Assembly (NCBI GenBank): GCA_012026655.1
Contig: JAAILG010001080.1
Coordinates: 1-64,000 of the forward strand
Direction of reading: 5' to 3'
DNA length: 64,000 nucleotides
From: Hydrolagus affinis
Taxonomy: Eukaryota
Below, piece after piece: positions 13,335-24,774 of the stretch; positions within the stretch are counted from its first letter, which is position 1, and each line of letters opens with the position of its first letter. The notes under the pieces were generated by a model. The model was not told the DNA's origin. It searched no databases and saw only the letters and a list, made by a program, of their open reading frames with translations. The position numbers were made by a program, and so were the translations under genes.

Positions 13335-13438
13335 AACAAAATATACAGTCAATTCACTTCACTGGATATTCTGTGAAGTGCTTTGAGATGCCTCGACGAT
13401 ATGATAGAGCATTAAATCAAATACAAGGATTATTATTG
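13335..13438 (+). mobile_element. SINE 3' fragment
   Basis: aaatatacagtcaattcacttcactggatattctgtgaagtgctttgagatg...atcaaatacaaggattattatt. Confidence 0.8.
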
Positions 13439-14091
13439 TAAAGATTATTACTGTATATAAAAATTCATTTTATGCTGAAGGTATTTACTTTGTAAGTGTT
13501 TACAATGTGCTTTAAAGTGAGGTTGTTATCTAATTCATTCAACTGGGGTGGACGACTGCCAAGGGAACATTGCTTTTTAAGTACTTTATTGTTCTGAATA
13601 CATCTACATTTATGAACACAAACTTTTTTCATCAGCTATTGTCTGCTTTCTGTTATCTCTTTATTACTTATATGGTGCACTAAGTGATGACAGGTGCAAG
13701 TTGCGAGTTGTGAGTTGAGTTCTAATAAGAAATAAAATGCGATAAAATACTATTTTCAACCATGTAAGTAGAACAACTTAGTCTGGGCAAATTTCCAATA
13801 ATTGGGGGGAAAAAAATCTCCAACAAATCCTACCATTAATACATCAATCAGGCAGAAGTGCTCAATCCTTAGAAAACGCAGCAAGTGAAAATTTTGAAAT
13901 GGAGCGGAAGAGGAGGCGATATACGATATTTCTTAATGGGTTTCTTAATGAGTTATGATCAAATTATTGAATTTCCCAAAACATTGGAAGAGCCAAAAAA
14001 AAAAGCATTTGTGCACACCTTCACGTTTTTTAAATTGATGACACATTTCGTAACAAGAAATCCATTAAGAAACTGTGTATTGTCCACTTAC

Positions 14092-14232
14092 CATAGATTT
14101 AGTGAATTCTGGGGCATGGTCATTCTTGTCATCGATGATGATAGTTGTCGTTGCTGTGCCAGTTAACCCCACATCGCTGCCCGCCATGTCTTTGGCCTGG
14201 ACTATCAACTCATACTTGCAGGTTTCCAGAGT
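14092..14232 (-). CDS. CDH13: Cadherin-13 internal exon (about human exon 8; end of EC2), 141 nt, phase 0/0
   Basis: Encodes [47 protein letters not shown], with the CDH13-type DVGLTGTAT and DKNDH calcium-linker motifs. Acceptor tttgtttttcAG, donor GTAAGT. In frame with the upstream exon. Confidence 0.96.
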
Positions 14233-14255
14233 CTGAAAAACAAAAGCATCATGGC

Positions 14256-14559
14256 AATAAATTATAATACTCCTTGCATTTGATACAGCGCTTTTCACAT
14301 GTTCTAGGCGTCTCAAAGCGCTTCAAAGAATATACTGTAAAGTGAATTGACTGTATATTTGTGGGCGAAACGCGGCAGCCAATTGCCGCACAGCAGTGAC
14401 CTACAAACAGTCGTAGATTGAAGTGACCACACTTAATAACTCTTTTATGTGGCGAGATTATTATTAGTGGAAAACTTGCCCAAGGTTTCACCCTGCTGGG
14501 AATCGAACCCAGGTCTCTCGCTTCCGAGGCAAGTCCTCTAAGCACGGAGCTCCAGGACT
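14256..14559 (-). mobile_element. Full-length tRNA-derived SINE ending about 22 nt upstream of the exon-8 acceptor
   Basis: Minus-strand head with B box GGTTCGATTCC, Deu-like body and full L2-type tail. Confidence 0.88.
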
Positions 14560-14839
14560 GTAGTCGAGATTAGAGGTTTCTTGAAAAAAAATTGGAACCA
14601 AAAAGCAAAACAGAACTGAGTCCTGCTAAATGTTTTTCTTTGCGTTAAAACTCTTCTTTGTCTTCTGTGTCATGGAATCAGAAAAACACCCACACAGGAA
14701 AGTACAATGGAGTGTTTCAAGGAAAGAAGTCTTGAACTGTTTGGAGAAACATTCTGAAATTGAGGAATGGTCATTTCACAAGATCTTGCTGATTACATCT
14801 GAAGAATCATTACCCTCAAAACATTATTGCTACAGATCA

Positions 14840-15116
14840 GTTTGTGCCCTAGCACCTCCTCACATCTCCAATCTGTTGATGTCCCACTCTTCAACTTGCC
14901 CCATCCAGCCATGCCCTCACAACCTCTGTTACTCCTCTCTCGCTGAATCCCTCCACCTCAACCTCTCTTTATCACATCATATTTGAAGACTTTCCTCTTC
15001 GCAAGGCCTACAGTCACCTCCCCTTTCTCCCTAGCCCGGACTAAACTACACCATTGTTTAGTGATCTGACTGCTTCCGCTAGTGAAGGGCGCTGCGTAAA
15101 TGCAAGGTGTTGTTGT
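14840..15116 (+). mobile_element. Degenerate L2 LINE 3' end
   Basis: LAPPHISNLL-like segment, then gtgaagggcgctgcgtaaatgcaaggtgttgttg tail. Confidence 0.55.
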
Positions 15117-15144
15117 AATGGAACTTCATTGGTATAATGTAGAC

Positions 15145-15360
15145 TGAGTCAGCAGGGCATGGGGACACAGGTGTAGAATTGCAAAAGGCAATTTCAGGAC
15201 AATCTCTAGGAAGTGTTTCGTTACCTAGGGGGAAATTAACAACTGGAACAGATTACCAGGAAGCCAGTGAGACCAGGACCGTGAGCTCATTTCAGAGTGA
15301 GTGGGTATGAGATCAAACGAGCTGAAGGGTCTTCTTCATGTGAACTTTCCTTGTGATTGT
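15145..15360 (+). mobile_element. Old CR1-like 3' fragment
   Basis: gggacacaggtgtagaattgcaaaaggcaatttcaggac...aacaactggaacagattacc; similar to 18900-19150 and 58400-58690. Confidence 0.55.
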
Positions 15361-18300
15361 GTGTTGCAGATTAGAAACAGTTACAGGTATATAATCACAT
15401 CTGTGTCCACGCCCTCTTCCTTCTATTTGCAATGGTTGCTAGTGCATTGAACAGAAATACAACTGATGCTTTCTCCCTGTGCTCCAGTGACAAACTAATG
15501 GTGGGGGGGGGGGAGCTATGGTGTTGGGGAGCCAGAGAAATGCCATCAATTGTAATCAGTTCTGTCTTTGGCCGTAGTGGCCGTGTGAGAAAAGGCCCTA
15601 GATTTCCATTCCGTGATCAAATCGAACAGTTTTCATACAAGTGCTTTCTCACTGTCACAAAAAAATCCTTGTTGATTTGGGACAGCTGATTGATAAGCAG
15701 TACCCGAGCTCTTTCTACATTTCGGAGGTCAACAGTGAGAGTCACATACAGGTATATTAACCTGTCTCAGATTTAAATGGCATCAGTTAAAGAAACACAT
15801 GCCTCTCCCCTCGAAATATACCCGGCATTTGCGAGCAAGTCTTACTGTAATTGGGTCTGCTGGAGGGTGCTCACGGTTTTTACATTCTTGGTTGTCATGG
15901 AGAAGTCTGTGGCACGAATCCTGGCCTAACTGAGAACGACCTGAACAATCATCTCCTGAAGCCATTCATTCCCTCTCCTGTCAGGCCAAAGAGCTTGCTG
16001 TTGAACTTGTATTAATAAAGCAGACGCCAGGAAAGGGACTCGTCGCTCTTTCTTCACAATCGTAGCTATGATTGAAGTGCACATAAAGGTTTTAGATGAT
16101 ACACAGTGCCCTTATGTACAGGCGCAAGAAATAAACCCTGCACGTGAATGACACTTCTGAGAGAGAAAGGCAAGAGAAAGGGGAAAGAAAGGGGAAATCA
16201 GACAAGAGTTCTTGCTTCTGGTTGATGTCCAGCATTTCAATTGGGCTGTGCATGTGTGGTCATTGGGTAAGGCAAGAGTCAAGGTCAGCCGTAGTGTAGT
16301 TAATAGTTAAATACTCTTAACCCTATTCAGCGTCCAGGCAAAGATGCAATACATTTTGGGGGAAGGAAAGCAGAACATTGTTTCCACATTGTGGCAATGG
16401 ATCACAACACGAAGCATGGCCTTTGAGGAAGGGGCGCTGGGAGTAAGCTTCAATGTTAAGGCCATTTTGTCTTGAAAGGTAAGACAGAATCGAATGGTGG
16501 AAGAGTCATAAATTCAGCTTTAATTTGGAAGCTCGGTTTCCATGGCGGTTTTCAAAATCGAAGCAGCCACCAAATTAAGACAAATTGAAAACATTTCCAC
16601 AATTCCGTGCAATTTTTTTAAAGTTCAGGACCAAAAGATGACAGAGGTTCAATTGCAAGTCTCCTGCTGTGAATAAATTGCAATTTTGACCCTTACATGG
16701 AAATTATATCCTCGGCATTCAGATTCCTGTAAATTCAACTGACGAGACAGTCAGTCAAATGAATGATTTATTTCACTAAGGTTGCTGAACTTCAAACAAA
16801 ATGTAGAAGAAGTGGTTAGAATACACAGAGCTGATCAGTTTAGATAGCAAATGTAAAACTGAGGTTAGAATAAAACGGGCAGAGAAGAAAAACAAAAAGA
16901 GCAATAAATATGCTAAAAATAAAATTGGTTGTATTTCGATTTGAACTTCGATCTAGTGTCAACAATGGAGAAATAAAGCTACTGATAACAGTTAAGGAAC
17001 TTTATTACTCTCTGTGTCAGTGTTTCAACAAGTGAGCTGACAATGGCTGATAACAGATGTTAAAGCAATCCTGGCATTTGATTCAGCGGCTTATCACGGC
17101 ATCAAGCTTCAAGTCTCAAAGCTTTTCAGGCGATTTTACTGTCCGGTGTGGTGACTGTGTATTTTGCACACAGCAGTTTTCACACAGAAACTTCCTATAA
17201 ACAGCAAATAGTCAAGCTCATCTAGGGGGAACTGAGTGAATTTCCCGGCACCGTTCAGCTGTATAACACATCAAACTAAAGACAAAAATCATGTGATTTC
17301 TACATACAACTTGGAAGCATTCCAAACTCCTTAATTGCTTTCCGTCAGTGTCTGATTCCCCAACACAATGGTAACGCTCCATATGCCAACATATTCCCGG
17401 CACATATGTTGCTCTGTACATTTAAACTTCTTAAAAAAGTTAACAAGGTTCTCCAGCTATTAACAAAGCTGGAGCGTAAGAAGTTGACAGTGAGTAGAAG
17501 TAAGAATACCGGAGAGGGTTAGTGCCAGAAACCATATGTATTGGCTTTGAATCCACTCCTGAATGATATAGAGTAAAAGTCTCTTCTGATTCATGGCTGT
17601 CAGGGTCCTATGTGACATGAGATTTGGGGGTGTTTTGAAGCGGTGTCCTCTCAAGTCTCCCTGATTTGGTTCTCCCGATGGGAAAGGCACTACATAAAAT
17701 GTAAACGTTATTGAATTATAATTTTATAAAGCTTGGCCGGTTGGGAAAATTTACTGACCACGTGCACACCATCATTCCCCTACTTACCAACAAATTTGTT
17801 GACCTTCACAGCCTGCCTTGCTAGTAGGACCTCCAATTAAACAACAAGGAGCCAGAAGAGGTGGCAATTTTACCTCCGGGCAGCAAATAATGGGAGACTG
17901 CTGACTGCATCTGAAGATTTACCAATAAGTAGAACAACCCACCCAATGTGCTTTAACTCAACCTCAGTAAATCAGTTCTTACTGAACACCATCCACCCCT
18001 CCTCCATCCCCTTGAGTGAGATTATCAATTTCTGTACCAATTTATGCTCTTGGTCACCGGGAAGTGATTGACTGAATGCATTGCACATGGGACCCTAATG
18101 GCTGACTGAGTGGATTTCAAACTCGGGTCACAGAGACAATGGGAGCCTGCTCCAACTCAATGTAACAACCAGTTAGTTCCTTGTACTGTATTTCTCAATC
18201 GGAATGACTGGTTCATTTTAAGTTAATATTCTAAAATTGAATGCACGAGTGCGATAAGAAAAAAAATAGATTGAATTATGGAAAACTTACAAATCTCTTT

Positions 18301-18899
18301 CATTTCATTTCCAGAAATGGATTAGGTAACCCTGTTGGAATGGCTGTATGTATTACTAGATGTTTAACTAACAGCCTAATCTTGCTTCCCAAAAAAGATT
18401 GGTCATTTTAGCAGAAGTGGGATTACATGGCTTGGCATTGTGAAGTGCTAAATATATCCAAGAGCTATTAACATAAGAAGCTCAGCTGTTAAAATATTCA
18501 GTAACTACAAGGCGATAAATTAGTTTGGAGCAGCTGACAAGTATTTTGCAAATCACTGGTCAAACAGTCAAAGTATCTGAACCATCACGTGAGGTTTAAA
18601 TTTCCAGCTACTCTGAGCTGTAAAGATCACGCAGAAATTTGATCAATTCTTCAAGTTCAGTTTTAATTCAGAAGGTAGTTTTCTGCAGTTCCCAGAAAAA
18701 AAAACAATACGATTTCTCCCTAAATTCTGTGCAATCTAAAAAATTTTAAGACAAAGTGATTCGGCAGGGTAATATCAGTCCAGCTGTTTCTCTTCCATTT
18801 CAATCTTATCCTCTCCTCCTTTTCATATAAATTCAATGGTTCACCTGAGCAATTTCAAATGGGATTGAGAAAGAAAACAGAGAACATTGCTTTCGGATG

Positions 18900-19150
18900 C
18901 ACTCAATCGGGAGAACAAGAGGTTCATGGCTTCAATGGGCAATTTCGGGACCTACATCAGGAATACCTGGCGGGGGAGGAGTGGGGGTGTATCTATCGAC
19001 TGAAGCAAGTTGACAGGAAAGGTGGTGGAGGCCCGGACACTGTACTCACTTAAAGAACAGCTCAAAGCTGCGATGGGAAGGTTGGGAAACCAAAAAAGAT
19101 GAGGTCAGATGGGCTATTGCGTCTTTTTCATCCAAACCAATATTGTTCCC
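18900..19150 (+). mobile_element. Old CR1-like 3' fragment
   Basis: ggtggtggaggcccggacactgtactcacttaaagaacagctc...tttttcatccaaacc, shared with 58570-58690. Confidence 0.55.
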
Positions 19151-19581
19151 GATATTAGCGGCAACCACCTCCCCCACTTACCGCTCCACTTAAGATCGAT
19201 TAACTCAGTACAAAATGTAGTGGAACCTGGGATCTACACAGATTAGCCACTCACCAGATCATCTCCCGCAAATCATTCGGAGGACGATTTACTTTTATTT
19301 TCGACTTCTGAGAAAGTTTACACAATTACAGCAGGAAAAGAAGAATCATTGGCTTCCCCCATCCCTCTTTCTCTTCCATCCCCCCCCCTCCCCCCACTCC
19401 ACCATAACACTTTAACACTTAATAAATTACCACAACAGTCAATGTTCATCCCTGTGACTGACACAAATACTTTGCGGACTAGAAAACAGGGCAAATCAAG
19501 TTTGACATGTTTTCATCTCGGAGACTGAGAGCAGCAGTTTGTCAACATTAACATTCTTGTCATTTCTCTGTCACCTGCCGC

Positions 19582-19681
19582 NNNNNNNNNNNNNNNNNNN
19601 NNNNNNNNNNNNNNNNNNNNNNNNNNNNNNNNNNNNNNNNNNNNNNNNNNNNNNNNNNNNNNNNNNNNNNNNNNNNNNNNN
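19582..19681. other. Assembly gap (100 N)
   Basis: Run of exactly 100 N. Confidence 0.99.
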
Positions 19682-19824
19682 GAAACTGTGTGCAGCTCAG
19701 ACAACACTAACAGTATTTTCAAATCAGATTCGGAACTGACTAATACTCCAGTTATGTAAACTCTTACAGGAAGAGCTGCCTCGCTTGTAATGTTGCGCAC
19801 TGAATTTTCAAGCAAATCCAAACA

Positions 19825-20165
19825 ACAATAATCATTGCTGTGCTTGAGATAGTAGCTCTAACCCTAAACGTCTCAAAACGCTTCGCTGATAATCACTGTT
19901 GAGACCAGTGAATGTATTTGTAGGCAAGCGAGGCAGTCATTTCTCTACAACACAGAGCCATGAAGTGAATGATCCATTTATCTGAAGAGCGAGTGTTGGC
20001 CAGGGAAACTGGGAGCAGTTCCTATTCTCCTTTTGTATAACCTAACGGGATCTATTAAAGTGCGGTTGAAACAGCCGGATGGGATCTTGGCTTAACGTCT
20101 CGACACGGCACCTCTGGCAAGGCAAGCGCCCCTGACATTGCAGGCTCTGAACCACAGCTGAGGAA
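19825..20165 (-). mobile_element. Older Deu-domain SINE, degenerate
   Basis: gttggccagggaaactgggagcag...ttaacgtctcgacacggcacctctggcaaggcaagc is the reverse complement of the Deu-like body seen at 53460-53600. Confidence 0.65.
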
Positions 20166-20769
20166 TTTCCAGAAAAGTGACTATTAAGTAACGTTAGGGT
20201 CCCAATCTCGTTGCTGAACCTTTTGAGACCACCACCACAGCATGCGCTTTGCACGCAAATCCCAAACTGGCAGAAAACCCCGTGTGTTTACAGCTGCAGC
20301 TTCCACTTGAAGGCAAAGTGAAATGTGTGCCTTCCTCAGGCGGCAGGAGGAAGGAAAAGCATGTTTGTGAATCCGCAGGCAGAGAAATATGTTTAAGTAC
20401 TAATATTACCATATCAGGCTGTACACATGTCCAATGTGCTTACGAGAACAGCCAGACAGTGAGTAATGCTATTACTTTCTGTAGCAGACAGATTGTGCGG
20501 TTGGATTGTAACAGATGTTACAACAAATGGTCTGAAGACCTTTTTTTTCCCACAAAAAAAATTGGATCGTCTAGTGCGACTTTCCACCCGCTTTCCTGAG
20601 CTCGAATCAAGGCATCTTCTTCTCAATGGGTTCACAATCACAGCAGGACGCAGGGCACCAGAGGAAGGGGAAACTGGGAGCCACACAGTGCAATAAAATC
20701 CTGTGCCTTTGCCATAACTCTGTTCACATCAGGAGGACTTCTCTAAGCTCTCATGATTGTCACGTTTGT

Positions 20770-21037
20770 GGAGTCCTGCAGCTCAGTGGTTAGAGCACTC
20801 GCCTTACAAGTGAGAGACCTGGGTTCGATTTCAAGCAAGGCAAGGTGAAACATTGGGCAAGTTTCCTTTCTCTACATGCCTGGTAGTAATTCCTCAAACC
20901 AAAAAAATTGGTCACTTCAATCCACGGCTGTTTGCGGGACACTGCTGTGCACAACTGGCTACCGCGTTTCGCCCACAAATATGCAGTCAATTTACTATAT
21001 TCTGTGAAGCGCTTTGAGACGAAGGATAATTATTATT
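20770..21037 (+). mobile_element. Near full-length tRNA-derived SINE with a small deletion in the tail
   Basis: GGAGTCCTGCAGCTCAGTGGTTAGAGCACTCGCCTTACAAGTGAGAGACCTGGGTTCGATT head, plus body and tail. Confidence 0.9.
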
Positions 21038-21454
21038 AGGAATTATTACTATTCGGTTAGGAAGCGAGAAGAGTGGCTGTTTTACACACATCCATTCCAG
21101 ATTATCTGTTCTACGGCTTGGGTTAGATGGAGTCTGCTTCGCAATAGACAAGAGATGCTGAGAGTGATTTACTATCACTTTCGCAGTATGGCAGTACCAA
21201 AGATACCCCCCTTCCTTCTGCGCCATGGTTTTCACCAATCTCTTTCATCCTGCGCACCGATTTCTCTCTGTGTCTTGTGCATTGAGACGTATCAAAACAT
21301 TTCTACCTTTCTTTTTGTGATTGTGTATTTGCCCAAAGCCGGTTTGACAGCCAGACCTTTCACCTTGGCTCTTGTCTCTGGCTGTGACTTAAGAGTTAAT
21401 CCATTCTTCTCTTTCGGAGGCTGATTGACCTGCTGCACGTCGGCTATACTTCTT

Positions 21455-21566
21455 GCTATTTACGACCTTTGGTCACCTTTCTATCCCTGCCCTTGGCTCA
21501 GTCCCGGGATCCGGTATTGCGAAGCGCTCTGAGACGCCGCATATAAATCAAAGTTGTTGTTGTTAT
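21455..21566 (+). mobile_element. L2 3' tail (family of 38328-38700)
   Basis: cccttggctcagtcccgggatccggtattgcgaagcgctctgagacgcc...atataaatcaaagttgttgttg. Confidence 0.75.
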
Positions 21567-21884
21567 TTAAGGCTGGAAAGTGTGTCATTTTATTACTGCA
21601 CAGTGGCACAGGGGTTAATAACATTTCTAATGATTTGCTACCGGTCAAAGGCGGACAACTAAGATGAAGCGAAGAAGAAGAACCCTAAGCCTAGGTGGAA
21701 TTTGGGACGTCTGAGTATGCTGCAGCATAGTACACAACTGCAGTCTCTCATGAATTGGTGCATAATGCGATAGGGAGTGAGCAAGTGTGTTAGGGGAGGT
21801 CAGGTAGACCACGGAGATCACAAAGGATCAATGTATTTCAATTATACAACTGCTGCATGTGTTGTTTAACACTCCTGTGAGAGC

Positions 21885-22270
21885 AATAATCATAATCTTT
21901 GCATTTGAAGTGGAGTCTATAGCATCCAAAGCACTTCACAGCTGACACTGTTAAGTGTTGTGATTGCATTTTGCAGGCAGATGCGGCAGCCAATTTGCAC
22001 ACAGCAATGGCTCATTAAAAAGAAGCCATGAAATGAATGACTAATTTTATCTGGGCAATTGCTGGCCAGGTCACTGTGAGAAACTGCGTCTCTTTTCAAG
22101 TAGTGCCATAGGGAGCCTGTCTCAATGTCCGTCTCTTTTGGGATGTCCTCCTGACATGAAAGGCGCTATATAAATGTAATTTATTGTTGCTTTTGTTGTC
22201 TCAATCAAACGACAACACCTCTGACAATACAGCGCTCCCTCAACACTGCAAATGGAATGTCAGGCAAAAT
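21885..22270 (-). mobile_element. Older Deu-domain SINE interrupted by a plus-strand L2 tail (about 22133-22198)
   Basis: gcggcagccaatttgcacacagcaa...ctggccagg...gacaacacctctgacaatacagcgctccctc, with insert gggatgtcctcctgacatgaaaggcgctatataaatgtaat. Confidence 0.7.
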
Positions 22271-22727
22271 CCCAACGTGGAACTCTGCCTTCAACCACCC
22301 TCCTATCTCTCTGCCCTCCCTCATCCCAACCCTGCCCAGCTCCCCTCTTCCATGCCCAGATCCTAACCCCCGACAGTTCAGCGCCTTGGGACATCCAGTT
22401 GCTTTCTTCCAAAAGCCTGAAGTAAACAGAGGGAATATTGGAATCCGGCTATTTCTATATTAAAAAGCTTTTCTGAACTGAACTGATCGATGGAGCGTCA
22501 AAAAAGGTCACCCCTTTAGCAATGATACCACTCACTAATCAGTTTCCTGGTGGCTGCTTTTATGTTTTTTAAAAAAAAATATATACATTTATTTATAAAT
22601 ATATTTGTTATAACATATACCCAAAACAAAATACAATATCTCCTTTCCCATTTTCCCAAACCAAAATTACCATTCCTTTGTTCGTGATACGTTTCTTCTC
22701 CACACACAGCTTATGCACACTTTTTTT

Positions 22728-23629
22728 GGATGGGATGCATCCTAGGTTACTAAGGGAAGTACGCGTGCAAATAGCAGAGACTCTGGCCACAATCTTTCAA
22801 TCTTCCTTGGACACAGCCTGAGGACTGGAAGGTTGCTAATGTTACTCCCTTGTAAAAACAAAAAGGGGCAGAAGGACAAATCTGAGCACCATACTTTAGG
22901 AAGGATGTTAAGACATTGGAAGGGAAGGGTGCAGAGGAGATTTACCAGGAATGGTACAAGGAATGAGGGACTTCGGGTATGAGGAAAGGCTAGAGAGGCT
23001 AGGATTATAATAATAATAATAATAGTCCTTGCATTTGATATAGCGCTTATCACATCTTATCGACATCCCAAAGCGCTTCACAGAATATACTGTAAAGTGA
23101 ATTGACTGTATATATTTGTGGGTGAATCGCAGCAGCCAATTGCACACAGCAGTGTCCCACAAAGAGTCGTGGATTGAAATGACCAATTTTATTATTGTAG
23201 CTTTTTTGACGGATTATTATTCTCATTGGAACAGAGAAGGTTACAAAGGAGACCTAATAGAGGTTTTCAAAATCATGAAGGGATTCGACAGGGTAAACAG
23301 GGAAAAACTGTTTCCACTGGTGGGTGTGTCAGTGGCTCGAGGTCACAGATTTAAAATAGTTTCTAAAGCAGAGGGGAGGTGAGGAGAATTTTTTTTCATG
23401 CAATGTTCATGTTCGATTCTGGAATGGATTGCCTGAAAGGGTGGTGGAGGCTGATTCGATAACAACTTTTAAAAGAGAGGTGGATGCTTATTTGGGGAGG
23501 ACGGGTTTGCAGGGTTCTGGAGAGAGAGCCAGGGAGTGGGATTGATTTTGAAAGCTCTTTTCAGAGAGCCAGCACAGGCACAATGGTCCAAATGGCCTTC
23601 TTTTATGCTGTAAAATTCTATGATTCTAA
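22728..23629 (+). mobile_element. CR1 LINE remnant (internally deleted ORF2 plus 3' UTR) interrupted by a SINE
   Basis: Peptide remnants DGMHPRLLREVRVQIAETLATIFQSSLDT...PEDWKVANVTPL, then APYFRKDV...YEERLERLGLFSLEQRR...GDLIEVFKIMKGFDRVNREKLFPL. 3' tail attctatgattcta. Confidence 0.9.
23009..23220 (-). mobile_element. 5'-truncated SINE inserted in the CR1
   Basis: Removing 23009-23220 restores the CR1 codons GGA TTA T|TC TCA TTG GAA CAG (GLFSLEQ). Confidence 0.9.
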
Positions 23630-24415
23630 GCAGCTTTGGCACAAAGCCTGCTCTGAGAAGCTGACATACTCGGTAAAAATAAATTAGAGGAGAAAAAAAA
23701 GCATTTTTTTTTATTAAACATGAAATCAGCTCTGAAAATGTGGCAATTCGGATATGAAAAACCTTGAAAAGAAAATAGGTTTGAAGAGAGTTATAACAGT
23801 GCCACTAGATTTTATGTGGGATCTTATCTATACCATTTTTTTTAAAAAAAAAGCTTAATTGGGCATAGAAACTCAATATTTACAGTGAATACAGGATAAT
23901 AGCATATTTATTTTCTGCACTCAATTCTTATTTCTTTTTAAATATAATTAAATTTTTCCCCTTTTACGCCTTATTTAATTTGGGATTTAAACATCCCCTT
24001 TTCAATTTAACTTTTGCTTCCTCAACTGTTCAATCTCTCTCTCTCTCTCGGTCTTGATCAATGACACCTTAGTGCCGGCTTCCTAAAAGATTTTCTTTTC
24101 AAAAAAAATTGCCCAACAGTTTGCAAAATAAAACCATTCTTAATCCAGATAAATGGTTGCCTGCAAAACTCTCGCTGTTGCACCCAATAATCTGACACTT
24201 CTATATGAAATACCAAGAGATACACGTGCAATTTAATTTTACATATGGTTTTGCAGCGATCACTCAAGGCGCAGATTTGATTTTAATGCTGGGCAGATTT
24301 CAGGCATGTTTTTTGTTTGAAATGGAACTAACTGGGAGCAGAATATATCTGAGATGAAATATAGCGAATGCCCTACATCATATCGCAAAGAAACGCTTCC
24401 TAAAGTTCAAAATAC

Positions 24416-24774
24416 AAGAACAAAATTATATTTGTATAGCGCCTTTCATGTCAGGAGGATGTCCCAAGGTGATGGACAGATGGTATTTTGGAGCTGAGTT
24501 GGGGTCAGCATTGGGGAGGTTGGAGGGCATGTGGGTAGGAGGGAGATCGAAAGCATGGTTGAAGAGGAGGGTCTCGAGTTGGGTCTTGAAAGAGGCAAGG
24601 AAGGGGGTGAGATGGAGTAACTGGGCGATGGAGTTCCAGAGCGTGGGGGCCGAATGACTGATGTGCGGGCATAAAGCAGGCCGGAGACCGCCAAGCGGAA
24701 GAAGCTGCGAGGTTGGTAGGGAGTGAGGAGATGACAAGAGGTAGGGGGGAGCGAGGCCACGGAGAGCTTTGAAG
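24416..24774 (-). mobile_element. L2 LINE 3' end (ORF2 C-terminus plus tail)
   Basis: Peptide SHSAPTLWNS...SFKTQLETLLF followed by ccttgggacatcctcctgacatgaaaggcgctatacaaat. Confidence 0.85.

Noticed and set aside
14233-14316. Stop-free extension of exon 8 into the SINE ([16 protein letters not shown]...)
   Set aside because: A canonical acceptor gives a 141-nt exon in frame with its neighbours. The same SNAR-III peptide appears in other SINE-tail ORFs, so the openness is a property of the repeat.
19513-19821. ORFs spanning N runs (also 27352-27748)
   Set aside because: Artefacts of 100-N placeholder gaps; the true gap length, and hence the intron length, is unknown.
22118-22205. 9-bp target-site duplication tgtctcaat around the nested L2 tail
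   Set aside because: Both occurrences can be explained as diverged host SINE sequence (tttaacgtc-tcatcc), so the duplication is not reliable.
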